From assembly GCA_026004195.1 (NCBI GenBank), contig BPIQ01000001.1, positions 461,871 to 525,870 of the forward strand: a stretch of DNA of 64,000 bases. The letters run 5' to 3'. The translations under genes and the position numbers were made by a program. Positions 47,439 through 57,456 of this stretch are shown piece by piece (position 1 is the first letter of the stretch; each line of letters starts with the position of its first letter). The notes under the pieces were generated by a model. It did no database searches and was not told the origin of the DNA. It saw only the letters and a list, made by a program, of their open reading frames with translations. This DNA is from Candidatus Binatia bacterium. GTDB lineage: Bacteria > Desulfobacterota > Binatia > HRBIN30 > BPIQ01.

Positions 47439-48522
47439 CGTTTCCCGCCAGAAGATTTCCGAGCAGTTCGGCCGCGTCGGCGGGCGAGACTTGCGGGGTC
47501 AGTCCGACTTCGTAGGTCGGTACGTCCCGGACCAGTCGTTCCACCGCGGCGAGCCGCCCCTGCTCGATGGCCGAGGGTTCCAGGAGTTCCAGTACGGCTG
47601 CAAAGGCTCTGTATCTGCGAAGGTCGTTCACGAGATCGTTCGAGGCGAAGATCCGCGAAGCGGCTTCCCTCGAAGAGACGGGGCGGACGAACCGTTCGGG
47701 AGCCCGCCTCGGGAAGACGAGCGCGGCCGCCTTTCCCCCCCCGGTCAAGGCCCGGGACGGGAAAAGGAAACCGTCCCGGCCGAGCACGTAGGCGTGGCTC
47801 GGAACGCGCTCGAGAAGACCGAGCCGTTCGCCGAGCCATCGCTGGCTCCAACCGTCGAGAAGGACGGGCTCGGGCACGGCCAGAACCGACCGGCCGTCCG
47901 TCAGAACGAACGTGTCTCCCAGAAATCGGCCCCCGAGCTCCGACACCAGGGCCACGCAGAGCGTCGATTTGCCCACACCGCTCGGTCCCGCCAGAAGGAG
48001 CGTCCGACCACCCACGTCGACCGCCGCGGCGTGAACCGGGTGTGCCGTTCCCTCGTGCTCGAGAGTCCAGAAGACCGGATAGAAAACGAGGTAGTAGAGA
48101 AGCGTCGTGAAACGACGACGGCGCCGCCGCTCGAGATCCCGCAGGTTCCAGAGGCGCCGGAGCCGATCCTTCCACGCCACCTTGCTGAGCCTGTGGTAGT
48201 AGTCACCCCGGAGCTCGATGGTCGAACCGTCCCAGTCGAACACCAAGTGGAGATCTCGCAGGTCGTCGACCCGAAACCAGTAAGCTCGTCCTTTTCCCGA
48301 GTAGAGATCGCGATCCCAGCGCTCGCAGCCCCGGAGCTCCGGATAGGTCGCACGCAGGTCGGAGGGCGGCTGCCCCTCGTGCCAGCGGAGTCGGGCGGAA
48401 ACCCGGACGGGCCCCTCGCACGCACCCCCGGCCTGCCGCAAGTGGACCTCGGCGTACTCGTCCAGCCGAGGCCAATCCGAGGCGAATTCCACGTCCACGC
48501 CGGCGATTCGAACTCGCAGCAT
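47398..48522 (-). CDS. HprK-related serine kinase-like P-loop protein
   Basis: Walker A LLAGPSGVGKSTLCVAL in the C-terminal half, resembling the HprK C-domain. Confidence 0.62.
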   Translation of the reverse strand: MLRVRIAGVDVEFASDWPRLDEYAEVHLRQAGGACEGPVRVSARLRWHEGQPPSDLRATYPELRGCERWDRDLYSGKGRAYWFRVDDLRDLHLVFDWDGSTIELRGDYYHRLSKVAWKDRLRRLWNLRDLERRRRRRFTTLLYYLVFYPVFWTLEHEGTAHPVHAAAVDVGGRTLLLAGPSGVGKSTLCVALVSELGGRFLGDTFVLTDGRSVLAVPEPVLLDGWSQRWLGERLGLLERVPSHAYVLGRDGFLFPSRALTGGGKAAALVFPRRAPERFVRPVSSREAASRIFASNDLVNDLRRYRAFAAVLELLEPSAIEQGRLAAVERLVRDVPTYEVGLTPQVSPADAAELLGNLLAGNDELETGRSRSAGS

Positions 48523-48528
48523 GGGGCG

Positions 48529-49275
48529 TCACATCCGCCGGGCCACCACGACCCAGAAGGAGGGGTTGCGGCTCGGCACGATCTCGACCGCGCGAATCGA
48601 GAACCGCGCCAGGGTCCCCAGACCCAGACGCCTCAGGCGGTTCAGTTTTCTCTGGAGTCCCGGGTGCCGGATCGAGCCCAGGAGTTCGACGACCGAGAAG
48701 CCGGACCCGGCGAGCTCGGCCTCGAGCGACTCCTCGGTGTACAGCTCGTCGAAAATCGGCTGCCGCGCGACTCGGGCCGGCTCCCGCACCCTCCGGTTCG
48801 GAGCGTCGAGGACCAGGATTCCTCCGGGTCGCAGGACCCGTCGCAGCTCGCCGTACAGCCGCTCGCGGTCCGCCGGCGAAAAGTGCCGGACGAACCGGAA
48901 GGAGTAGGCGAAGTCCACGCTGGCGTCGCGCAGGGGGAGAGAAAAGGCATCGGCCCGAACGAGCTGCCACCCGTGGCAAGATGCCGCCCCGAGTCTCGTC
49001 CGGGCCTCCGCCAGCATCGGTTCGCTGAACTCGACCGCTACACCGAACCGAACCTGGGGCAGCTCGGCCGTGAGCCTCGCCGGACCGGGAGCGATCTCGA
49101 GCACGGCTCGAGGCCCGTACCGATCGAGCAGAGACCGCAGGATTTCCACCTGCCTCGTGTGAAGGACCCGGCCCAGGGGGTGGCCGGTTCGCCTCCGCAG
49201 GTAGTCTTCCACGACGTCGGACCTGCGGTAGTAGGAACGAAGGTCCGCGGGGCTGTCCAAAGGTCGGAGTTTCAT
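48529..49275 (-). CDS. Class I SAM-dependent methyltransferase
   Basis: Start MKLRPLDSPADL (ATG 49275, ATGA overlap); SAM motif I VLEIAPGPARLT and motif post-I …DASVDFAYS…. Confidence 0.75.
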   Translation of the reverse strand: MKLRPLDSPADLRSYYRRSDVVEDYLRRRTGHPLGRVLHTRQVEILRSLLDRYGPRAVLEIAPGPARLTAELPQVRFGVAVEFSEPMLAEARTRLGAASCHGWQLVRADAFSLPLRDASVDFAYSFRFVRHFSPADRERLYGELRRVLRPGGILVLDAPNRRVREPARVARQPIFDELYTEESLEAELAGSGFSVVELLGSIRHPGLQRKLNRLRRLGLGTLARFSIRAVEIVPSRNPSFWVVVARRM

Positions 49276-50264
49276 GGCGAGCTGGCGCGAACCTCTACCG
49301 GTCGGAACGAGAGTCGAAGCCCCTCCCGGAGCGAAGTTTCCGGACTCCAGCCTAACTCCCGGACGGCCCGTCGGCAATCGTAGACGGCGCTCCGCGAGGC
49401 CCGCTCGAGGGCGTGCGCCGACACCGGAGGACGCCGCGAAAGGACACGGAACGGGAACTCCGCGACCCGCACGAAAGGCACGACGAACCCTGGCCGCAGG
49501 AACCGAACCCGAAACCTCTCCCCGGAAACCTCCCTTCGCAGCTCGAGATAATCCACCAGGGGGACCTGGGGGTCGACGAGGTGGTAGATCTTCCCTCGCG
49601 CCCCCGGGCATTCGAGAACGAGGCGAATTCCCCGAGCGACGTTGTCGACGAAAGAAAGAGGCAGGAGGTAGCGCCTGGTCCCGAACACGACCCGCGTTCC
49701 TCGCACCCCGAGGCTCCACCGGCCCAGCGGCGGAGGCCGACCCGGGCCGTAGAGAATTCCGGGCCGTACGACGGACACGGGGACACCACGCCGTGCGGCC
49801 TCTACGGCGAGCCGGTCGGCCAGGAGCTTGGACCGCGTGTAGCCGCCGCGGTCGGCGGCGGGATCCTCGAGGGGATTCTCCTCGGTCACCACGTCTCCCC
49901 CCGCCCGCAAGGCCACCACCCCGAGGGAGCTTACGTGGACGAGGAGACCGATCCTTCCCGCCTCCGCGAGTTCGACGAACGTGCGGGTCGAGCCGACGTT
50001 CGTGCGTTCGAACTCCTCCCACGGCCCCCGCGTCGTCACTCTGGCTCCGGCGTGAACCACGGCGTCCACGCCGTCGGCCGCCCGCTCGATGTCCTCGCGA
50101 TCGCGGAGATCGCCCCGACGGATCTCGACCGGAGATGGCAGTCCCTCGAGGCGGCTCGGGTGCGCGGCCCGAACGAAGGCACGAACCTCGTGGCCCGCTT
50201 CGACGAGGTCGCACACCACGCGCGACCCGAGAAAACCGGAAGCCCCGGTGACGAGAACCCTCAT
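49272..50264 (-). CDS. NAD-dependent epimerase/dehydratase (SDR)
   Basis: Start MRVLVTGASGFLGSRVV (ATG 50264, ATGA overlap); …YTRSKLLAD… YxxxK. Confidence 0.8.
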   Translation of the reverse strand: MRVLVTGASGFLGSRVVCDLVEAGHEVRAFVRAAHPSRLEGLPSPVEIRRGDLRDREDIERAADGVDAVVHAGARVTTRGPWEEFERTNVGSTRTFVELAEAGRIGLLVHVSSLGVVALRAGGDVVTEENPLEDPAADRGGYTRSKLLADRLAVEAARRGVPVSVVRPGILYGPGRPPPLGRWSLGVRGTRVVFGTRRYLLPLSFVDNVARGIRLVLECPGARGKIYHLVDPQVPLVDYLELRREVSGERFRVRFLRPGFVVPFVRVAEFPFRVLSRRPPVSAHALERASRSAVYDCRRAVRELGWSPETSLREGLRLSFRPVEVRASSP

Positions 50265-51331
50265 GCGCAAAGCTGCTCGGCCGCCGGCGCGCCCGATGCG
50301 AGCTCCCACATACGCTCGAGAAAGGCGACGACTTCGAGACCCTCCTCGGGCGTCGTGGGCGGCGGCGAACCGGCCGCGAGGTGGAGGTAGAAGCGCCGGA
50401 CGAGCTCGCCCATGCCCGGGTAGAGCCTCTGCCGACCGCGAACGTACTCGACCGAGTTCCGGACGGTCGAGAAGAGAAGCTGACCCGCCTGCTCGAGGTT
50501 GGGGACGACCTTCCCCAGAAGCTTCGGTAGCGTCCGCGGCCTTCGGACGACGAGCGTCATCGTGTTGAGGTCCACTTCCGCCGTCGCCCGGGTACCGAGA
50601 ATGCGGATGCCGTTCAGGACGGGCCGGGCGGACATCGAAAGCGAAAGCGTCCCGAGGCTGCGAGAGCCCCGGGCCAGGGCTCGAACCTCTTCGAGTCCCG
50701 CCGCCCCTGCTCGGGCCTCGACTCGTGGCTCCCGAAGCTCTCCCGCGAATTCTCGAAGGAGGTAGACCGGGTGCGGCGCCACGTCCTCGAGGGGGCCCGC
50801 CGGGAGAGAACCTTTCCAGTCCCCACGGGGTGCGGTGCTACCCGGCTCCGCCGCGCCGCCTTGAAAAGCTTCCACCCCGACGATCTCCCCGAGCTCGCCC
50901 CGTTCCACCATCGCTCGGACGCGCCGCACCGGCGGGTCGAACTTTCGGTTGTGGTCCACCACGAGAGACCGCCCCACCCGTCGCGCGACTTCCACGACCC
51001 GCTCGGCGTCGGCGACCCGCAGCGCCATGGGTTTTTCTACCAGCACGTGCAGGCCCGCCTCGAGCGCGGCGAGGCTCGTCCTCGCGTGGTCCTGGGGCGG
51101 CGTCAGCACGTGCACGGCGTCGAGTTCCACCGCGGAGAGCATGCTCCGGAAGTCGCCGAACCATCGCACGCCCTCTTTCCGCCCGGCGAACGCTCGGGCT
51201 GCTTCTTCCGAGACGTCGCAAACGGCCACGAGACGGACGTGGGGCAATTCGGAGACGTAGGACTCGTGGACGCGCGCGATGCGCCCGCAACCGACGAAAC
51301 CTACGCGAATCGGAGTGGGTACGACCCTCAC
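50261..51331 (-). CDS. Gfo/Idh/MocA-family oxidoreductase
   Basis: GTG 51331 overlaps the upstream stop (GTGA); IRVGFVGCGRIARVH…, …HVLVEKPMAL…. Confidence 0.8.
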   Translation of the reverse strand: MRVVPTPIRVGFVGCGRIARVHESYVSELPHVRLVAVCDVSEEAARAFAGRKEGVRWFGDFRSMLSAVELDAVHVLTPPQDHARTSLAALEAGLHVLVEKPMALRVADAERVVEVARRVGRSLVVDHNRKFDPPVRRVRAMVERGELGEIVGVEAFQGGAAEPGSTAPRGDWKGSLPAGPLEDVAPHPVYLLREFAGELREPRVEARAGAAGLEEVRALARGSRSLGTLSLSMSARPVLNGIRILGTRATAEVDLNTMTLVVRRPRTLPKLLGKVVPNLEQAGQLLFSTVRNSVEYVRGRQRLYPGMGELVRRFYLHLAAGSPPPTTPEEGLEVVAFLERMWELASGAPAAEQLCA

Positions 51332-52344
51332 CGCCCTGGAAGGGCCTCCGGGTAGGCCGCGTATTTCGTGCCTTTCAGGCGGAGCGCGGCGGCGTTGTGA
51401 AACTCCGGCTCCCGATAGTCGATCTCGTGGCCGTTCGACAGGAGGTGCCGCACCTCGAGGATCGCGTCGTCCACCGTCCGCTGCGCTTCGAAGCCGAGCT
51501 CTCGACGGATTCTCTCGAAGCGCACCCGATAACTCCTCGGGTCGTTCCGCGACGGGACGGTCTCGAGGCGGATACCGGGCACGAGCGTGGCGACCTTCCT
51601 GGCCACCTCCTCCACCGTGAAGTTCTGACCGTCGCTCCCGACGTTGTAGACCCGGAAGCCCACGCGCGGAGCTTCGACCGCGCGGGCGAAGGCCTCGGCC
51701 GCGTCCTGGACGTGGACGTGCGGCCTCCACTGCTTCGGGCCGAAGATCCGCACATGGCCCTCGACCACCGCCCGCGCGGTCATCGTGTTGACCATGAGGT
51801 CGAACCGCATCCGGGGCGAGACCCCGCAGACGGTAGCGAGCCGTAACACCACCACGTCGACGGGGCCTCGGTTTTCCGCCAAGAACCGCTCCGAAAGAAT
51901 CCTCGTGCGCGCGTAGAGAGAAACGGGGTTGAGCGGCGACTCCTCGTCGAGGAGGTGGTCCCCGTTGGCGCCGTACACGCTACACGAGGAAGCGAAAACG
52001 ATCCGACGGACGCCGAGCTCGCGGCAGACCGCGAGCAGGCGCTTGGTCGCCTCGAAGTTGACCTCCATGGTGTAGACAGGGTCGAAGTCGCAAGCGGCGT
52101 CGCCGACCAGGGCGGCGAGAGCCACGGCAGCCTCGCATCCCTCGAGAGCTCGCCGCAGGTCCGCCGTGCGACAGATGTCTCCCCGAAGGACCTCGAGCCG
52201 GGGCGTCTCCGGAATCCCCTCGAGTCCGCGGTTCCCGTAGAGAAAGCTCTCGAGGACCCGCACATGGACCCCCCGGTCGAGAAGCTTCCGCACCAGATGA
52301 GAACCCACGTAGCCGGCACCGCCGGTAACCAGGATTTTTCTCAC
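51328..52344 (-). CDS. NAD-dependent epimerase/dehydratase
   Basis: MRKILVTGGAGYVGSHLVRKLL…, …YARTRILSE…. Confidence 0.85.
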   Translation of the reverse strand: MRKILVTGGAGYVGSHLVRKLLDRGVHVRVLESFLYGNRGLEGIPETPRLEVLRGDICRTADLRRALEGCEAAVALAALVGDAACDFDPVYTMEVNFEATKRLLAVCRELGVRRIVFASSCSVYGANGDHLLDEESPLNPVSLYARTRILSERFLAENRGPVDVVVLRLATVCGVSPRMRFDLMVNTMTARAVVEGHVRIFGPKQWRPHVHVQDAAEAFARAVEAPRVGFRVYNVGSDGQNFTVEEVARKVATLVPGIRLETVPSRNDPRSYRVRFERIRRELGFEAQRTVDDAILEVRHLLSNGHEIDYREPEFHNAAALRLKGTKYAAYPEALPGR

Positions 52345-52440
52345 GGATCTTCCCCCCTTTTCGTCCCGGAACTCAGTCGCGCCGACGTCGGAACTCGCGA
52401 CGCTCTGCCGAACGAGGTCGTTTCCGCCGGTCCCACGGCT

Positions 52441-53844
52441 CTACGCCGTGCGCGCGGCGACGTGCGTCCCGGCGCGCACGGAGAGTGCCGCCCCCTGACC
52501 GTTCAAAAGGTCGTTCAACGTCGGCACGAAACGGCAGTGAACACCTGCGCTTTCGCATATCTCGACGGTTCTTTCCACCATACTTCGGTCCAGATCGGAA
52601 AGACAAACGAAAACTGTACGAACCCCGTTCGCCTGGATGGCCAGCCCGAGCTCCCCGAGCCCGCCGAGAATCTTCACTCCGTGGATCATGGAACCCCAGC
52701 GCTCCGGCGACTCGTCGATCAGTCCGGCCGGCTCGTAAGGAACGCTCGGGTCCTCGAGGAGCGCGCGGGCGATCTGTTCCCCTCCGACCCCGGCTCCGAC
52801 GATCAGGACTTTTTCCTTTTCCTGCCGTCTGCCGCGGGGGTGGCGGCGGACCCAGCTCCGGAGCGCGAACCGGAAGCCGCCCAGGAGAAACAGCGCGAGT
52901 GCCCAGTCGATCACGACCACGGACCTCGGAAAATTCTGTAGACCCCCGAGAAACGTGAGACCGGCGACCACGAGCGAACCTACGGTCACGGCCCGGAAAA
53001 GGGCCATGAGATCCCAGAGCGCGAAATACTTCAGGATGGCCTGGTATGCCCCGAAGTAGAGAAGAGCCACGGGCCGAACGACGACGAGCAGGAGGAGCGG
53101 GTAGACGAGGAACCAGGGGTTGCGGGGCAAGGTGAAATCGAAGCGGACCAGGTATGCGGCGAGGAAGGAGAGCGCGCTCAGCACGACGTCGGCCGCCATG
53201 AGCGCGATGCGCCGACGACGCCGCCAGAGATACTTCGTCTTGATCGCGCCGACCACCGTGACCCAGAGCCCTCGCAAGAGCAGCTTCAGGTCTCCGAAGA
53301 ACGTGGCCTCCTCCACGTACCTGAGATCCCGCTCGAGCTTCTCCGGCAGGATGTTCTCGATGTAGTACCGCTCCGTGTCGACGATGCCCTCCGGATAGCT
53401 CTCGAGTTCGTCGCGCCCCTCGATCTGGCTCGGCCCCACGATGCCCGGCCGGACGGAAAGGACTTTCCGCTGTCTCGGCGTGTAAAATTGGACGAAATAC
53501 GGGTCTTCCGGCCGTGGCCCGATCAGGCTCATTTCGCCCCGCACGACGTTGATCAGTTGTGGCAGCTCGTCGATCTTGAACCACCGCAGTACTTGTCCCA
53601 CCCGCGTCACCCGGGGGTCTCGCTTCGCCGTGAGCCGCGAACCCATCCGGTAGGCTCCGTCGACCATCGTCCGGAACTTGTAGATCTCGAAGAGCTTGCC
53701 GTCCCGTCCCACCCGCTTCTGGCGGAAGAACACGGGCCCCCGGGAATCGAGCTTGATCAGCAGAGCCACGAGCAGGAAGAGCGGTAACAGCAAAACGAGG
53801 CCCACCGCCGCGACCAGGACGTCGAAAACACGCTTGGCTCTCAT
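52441..53844 (-). CDS. Phosphoglycosyl transferase fusion: N-terminal PglC/WbaP-type sugar-transferase catalytic domain, then 4 TM helices and a Rossmann-like (CoA-binding-type) domain
   Basis: Residues 1-215 form a complete small PGT (re-entrant helix [25 protein letters not shown]; [24 protein letters not shown]; [21 protein letters not shown]). Residues 220-467 resemble the N-terminal half of large WbaP-type PGTs (TM bundle plus [19 protein letters not shown]…). Single uninterrupted 467-aa ORF. Confidence 0.8.
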   Translation of the reverse strand: MRAKRVFDVLVAAVGLVLLLPLFLLVALLIKLDSRGPVFFRQKRVGRDGKLFEIYKFRTMVDGAYRMGSRLTAKRDPRVTRVGQVLRWFKIDELPQLINVVRGEMSLIGPRPEDPYFVQFYTPRQRKVLSVRPGIVGPSQIEGRDELESYPEGIVDTERYYIENILPEKLERDLRYVEEATFFGDLKLLLRGLWVTVVGAIKTKYLWRRRRRIALMAADVVLSALSFLAAYLVRFDFTLPRNPWFLVYPLLLLVVVRPVALLYFGAYQAILKYFALWDLMALFRAVTVGSLVVAGLTFLGGLQNFPRSVVVIDWALALFLLGGFRFALRSWVRRHPRGRRQEKEKVLIVGAGVGGEQIARALLEDPSVPYEPAGLIDESPERWGSMIHGVKILGGLGELGLAIQANGVRTVFVCLSDLDRSMVERTVEICESAGVHCRFVPTLNDLLNGQGAALSVRAGTHVAARTA

Positions 53845-53847
53845 CCG

Positions 53848-55041
53848 TCACGACCTCGCCGGGAGAAGAATTCCTTTGAGTGTCTCCGTCACGTAGTCGA
53901 CGTCGTCTTCCGTGAGAGTCGGGTACAGCGGCAGGGACAGCGCTTCCCGGGCCGCCCGGGTCGCCACGGGGAAATCCTCGGGCGTCCAGCCGAAGGTCTC
54001 GCGGTAGAACGTATGGAGGTGCAAGGGCACGAAGTGCACGCTCGTACCGATGCCCGCACCTCGAAGGCGCTCGATCACTTCGTCCCTCGTCACGCGAAAA
54101 CGGCCTTCCTCGATCCTCACGACGTAGAGATGCCAGGCATGCTCCACGCCGTCCCGCGTCGTCGGCAGACGCAGGCCGGGCACGTCGCGCAACCGCTCCG
54201 TGTACCACCCCACGATTTCGTTCCGCCGAGCCTGCAAGTCCGCAAGGCGCGCGAGCTGCACGAGTCCGATCGCGGCGTTCAGGTCCGTCGTGTTGTACTT
54301 GAACCCGGGGTAGAGAACGTCGTACCGCCAGCTCCCCGACCGCGAGTACCGATTCCAGGCGTCGTAACTGAGACCGTGGAGGCGGCGGGTCCGGACGCGG
54401 GCGGCCAGTTCCTCGTCGCCCGTCGTGAGCATGCCGCCTTCGCCCGTCGTCATGTTCTTCGTCGCATAGAAGCTGAAAGCCGTCGCGCGACCGATCGTGC
54501 CGATCCGACGGCCCCGGTAGGAAGCCGGAAGAGCGTGGGCCGCGTCCTCGACGACCGCGATGCCGCGGGCGTCGGCGATCTCCAGCAGCCGGTCCATCGA
54601 AGCGGGGTGACCGGCGAAGTGGACGGGAACGATGGCGCGTGTTTTCTTCGTGACCTTGCGCTCGACGTCGGCGGGATCGATGTTGAGCGTGTCGGGTTCG
54701 CAGTCCGCGAGCACGAGTCGCGCGCCGCAGTGCAAGACGACGGCCCCGGTGGCCGTGAACGTGTACGTCGGGACGATCACCTCGTCCCCTTCCGCCACAC
54801 CGAGCGCGTCGAGCGCCAGGTGGAGAGCCGCGGTACACGAGGAGACCGCCACGGCGTGCGCGGCGCCGAGCTTTTCGGCGAACGCACTCTCGAACTCCCT
54901 GGTCTTCGGACCCATCGTGATCCAGCCCGTGCGCAGCGTCTCGACCACGGCCGCGACCTCCTCGTCGCCGAGCGACGGCCGGTGGAACGGGATTTCTTTG
55001 CGCGCCCGGGACCCGAGTTCGACCGAGCCCGTGACCATCAA
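53848..55041 (-). CDS. DegT/DnrJ/EryC1/StrS-family PLP-dependent sugar aminotransferase
   Basis: …IPFHRPSLGDEEV…, …FSFYATKNMTTGEGGML… (PLP-lysine), …LSLPLYP…. Confidence 0.9.
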   Translation of the reverse strand: MMVTGSVELGSRARKEIPFHRPSLGDEEVAAVVETLRTGWITMGPKTREFESAFAEKLGAAHAVAVSSCTAALHLALDALGVAEGDEVIVPTYTFTATGAVVLHCGARLVLADCEPDTLNIDPADVERKVTKKTRAIVPVHFAGHPASMDRLLEIADARGIAVVEDAAHALPASYRGRRIGTIGRATAFSFYATKNMTTGEGGMLTTGDEELAARVRTRRLHGLSYDAWNRYSRSGSWRYDVLYPGFKYNTTDLNAAIGLVQLARLADLQARRNEIVGWYTERLRDVPGLRLPTTRDGVEHAWHLYVVRIEEGRFRVTRDEVIERLRGAGIGTSVHFVPLHLHTFYRETFGWTPEDFPVATRAAREALSLPLYPTLTEDDVDYVTETLKGILLPARS

Positions 55042-55132
55042 TCCCTACCCTCCTCCGCCCCGGAGCCGACACCGCCGGAGCGCCTCCGCCCCGACCACGG
55101 CGCCACGTTCCGGGTGCCCGGTCGCGGCCTCT

Positions 55133-56026
55133 TCATACGGTCCCTCCTTCCTCCGCGAAGGCGAGCAGCCCGACCGCCTTGCGCCAAAAGGCGCTCGGCC
55201 CTCGCGACTCGCTCCCCCGTCGCGCCACCGCCCTGGCCAAGCGGCGAAAAGAGGAGCGGCGGAGAAGCAAAGAAACGGCCGGATGGAACACGACCGCTTG
55301 GCGGATCGGCCGTGGCCGGAACCCCATGGAAAACTTGAACTCGTCGAGCGGCCCGACGGGCTCGAGCGACTCGATTCCGAACGTGACTTCGCGGAGCCCC
55401 CTTTCGTGGAGCATCTCGTGCAGGGTCCGGTAAACCAGGGCGTTGTTCGGGTAAGCACCCAGGGCGTCCGTGCGAGAGCGCGCCACGGAGAACTCGGCCG
55501 AATCTTCGAACACGAGACAAACGAGGAACGCGGCGAGCTCGTTCCCTACCCACGCGCCTCGGACCTCCACGTCGGGCGTTCTCGCCACGGCATCCCAGAA
55601 GAGGTCCCACCGAACCCGGCCCCAGTCTCCCTGCCGGCCTTGCCGCACGACGGTATCCCGGTGAGCCTCGTAGCCGTGACGGCGCGCTTCTTCCGCCGAG
55701 AGCGGGGCGATCTCGCACCGTCGCAAGCCTCGTCGGACCTTGCTCCGCGTGTTGGCGCTCAGCTTCTCGAGCGAGTAGTCCCTGTCGTCGCACACGATCT
55801 GGTAGCTCGCTCTCCCCTTCGCGTGCAGAGGGGCCGTGTAGCGGGCCCCGGCAAAGCCGCCCCGCACGAGCAACTTCCGCAGCTCTTCGGGAGGCGGTTC
55901 GCGGAGCTCGTGGGAAGGCGCGCCGAGCAGGAAATAGCGCGCGGCATCGTACCAGAGCCCCGACTCGGTGCGGACGACACGATGCCCGATGGCGGAAAGA
56001 AAGGATGCGTACTGCTCGCTCTTCAC
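55133..56026 (-). CDS. FemAB-related / GNAT-fold acyltransferase
   Basis: C-terminal ~297 aa of the 742-aa tracked ORF (VKSEQYASFLSAIGHRVVRTESGLWYDAARYFLLGAP…). GTG 56026 overlaps the upstream stop (GTGA); the remaining N-terminal part is antisense shadow. Confidence 0.55.
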   Translation of the reverse strand: MKSEQYASFLSAIGHRVVRTESGLWYDAARYFLLGAPSHELREPPPEELRKLLVRGGFAGARYTAPLHAKGRASYQIVCDDRDYSLEKLSANTRSKVRRGLRRCEIAPLSAEEARRHGYEAHRDTVVRQGRQGDWGRVRWDLFWDAVARTPDVEVRGAWVGNELAAFLVCLVFEDSAEFSVARSRTDALGAYPNNALVYRTLHEMLHERGLREVTFGIESLEPVGPLDEFKFSMGFRPRPIRQAVVFHPAVSLLLRRSSFRRLARAVARRGSESRGPSAFWRKAVGLLAFAEEGGTV

Positions 56027-57447
56027 CGCCGCGCTCCGCCTTCTTCGCACACCGAACGCTGGAGGACGACCGAAAGCCCGATGAACCAGTGGAAGATGAT
56101 CACGCGCCAGAGGTCGCCGACCAGGGAGAAAGCGAGAAAGACCACGAAGCCCGTACGCAGCGTTCGCACGGTCCAGAGAAAGAGCCACGCATCTCGAACG
56201 GCCCTGGCTTCGACGGCTCGCTCCGCTTCGTTGTAATTTCGCAACGTTCTCGCGAACAGCACGAGGTAGAGCACGAGCGACAGGATCCCTCCTTCGGCCA
56301 GCGCGGCCAGGTAGGAACTGTGCGGGGGGGCCACGTACCGGGCCGGGTCGCGCAGGTACCGGACGACTTCCCAGTTGCCGACCCCGACACCGATCAAGGG
56401 GTTCCGCTCGGCGAGGTCCAGCGCCACCTGGAGACCGTAACCCCGACGCTCGATGGACCCTCCTCCCAGGGGGTCCGCTTCCCGGCCGGTACCGGGCAGC
56501 ACGGAAAGTCTCTCGAGACTGCGCTCCGGAACCAGGTTCGCGACGAGCGGGAACGCCAGAACGACGACGGTCGCTCCCGCCAGGAGCTTTTTGACCGAGA
56601 CACCACCTTCGAAAAACAGGAGAAGTCCCGCGAGCGCGAGACCCGCCACGCCACTGCGGGACGCCGTCATGAAGACGGCCAGAACCAAGAGCGGCGTGAG
56701 GACCAGAGCCGAAACTCCGGTCGGAAAACCCGGCCTCGACTGCCACAGGTAACGCAGCGCCAGGATCGCGATGATGCAGAACAAGGCGAGTCGATTGGGG
56801 TTCCCTGCGGCGGCTACGAAAAGACCCCAGTTGGCGCGATACCCGGCGAATCCTTCGCCCCCGAGGACCCGCACGATCCCCGCGAGACCGCTCGCCACGA
56901 AAAGAACGATCGCGAGGACGAAAGCCGCGTACGCGTAACGCCGGTCGCGGACGAAGGCGACGAAAAGAACGAAAAAGGCGAACCGCCCGAACAGGATGTC
57001 GGCGGGGTCCTGCCCCCGTCGCTCGAGCTCCCCGACGAGCGAACGCGTGAGCTCGTCGAAGGGATTGAGGAACCGGGAGAAGAGCCCGATCCCCGTGATG
57101 GCACCCAGAAGAAGCACCTCGGGCCTTTTCAGGTACGACCAGTCGCCGGTCCGGGCCGACCGGTAGAAAAGAACGAGGGCCAGGAGCCCGCCGAGGGCGT
57201 TGTTGAGGCTCACGGGGCCCGCGTTCACGAGCCACGGCGGGTAGGTGTAGAGAAAGGACGAGAGAAGAAAGAGAACACCCAGCTCGGGACGCGAGAGAAC
57301 GAGAGCGAGGCCGGCGAGCCCGACGACGAGAACCGCCGAAAGCTCGATCCCCAACGTCCACTGGAGCCCGGCGACCACGAGGCCCAGGCCGACCGCCAGG
57401 AGGGGGAGCGTCGTCTCCTCACGAGGGCGCGTGGCCACGGTCGCCAT
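56023..57447 (-). CDS. O-antigen ligase-like (Wzy_C) polytopic membrane protein
   Basis: 474 aa, ~10-12 TM helices with a large periplasmic loop (…LAERNPLIGVGVGNWEVV…); resembles exosortase-locus O-antigen-ligase-like proteins. Confidence 0.75.
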   Translation of the reverse strand: MATVATRPREETTLPLLAVGLGLVVAGLQWTLGIELSAVLVVGLAGLALVLSRPELGVLFLLSSFLYTYPPWLVNAGPVSLNNALGGLLALVLFYRSARTGDWSYLKRPEVLLLGAITGIGLFSRFLNPFDELTRSLVGELERRGQDPADILFGRFAFFVLFVAFVRDRRYAYAAFVLAIVLFVASGLAGIVRVLGGEGFAGYRANWGLFVAAAGNPNRLALFCIIAILALRYLWQSRPGFPTGVSALVLTPLLVLAVFMTASRSGVAGLALAGLLLFFEGGVSVKKLLAGATVVVLAFPLVANLVPERSLERLSVLPGTGREADPLGGGSIERRGYGLQVALDLAERNPLIGVGVGNWEVVRYLRDPARYVAPPHSSYLAALAEGGILSLVLYLVLFARTLRNYNEAERAVEARAVRDAWLFLWTVRTLRTGFVVFLAFSLVGDLWRVIIFHWFIGLSVVLQRSVCEEGGARR

Positions 57448-57456
57448 CGACGAACC

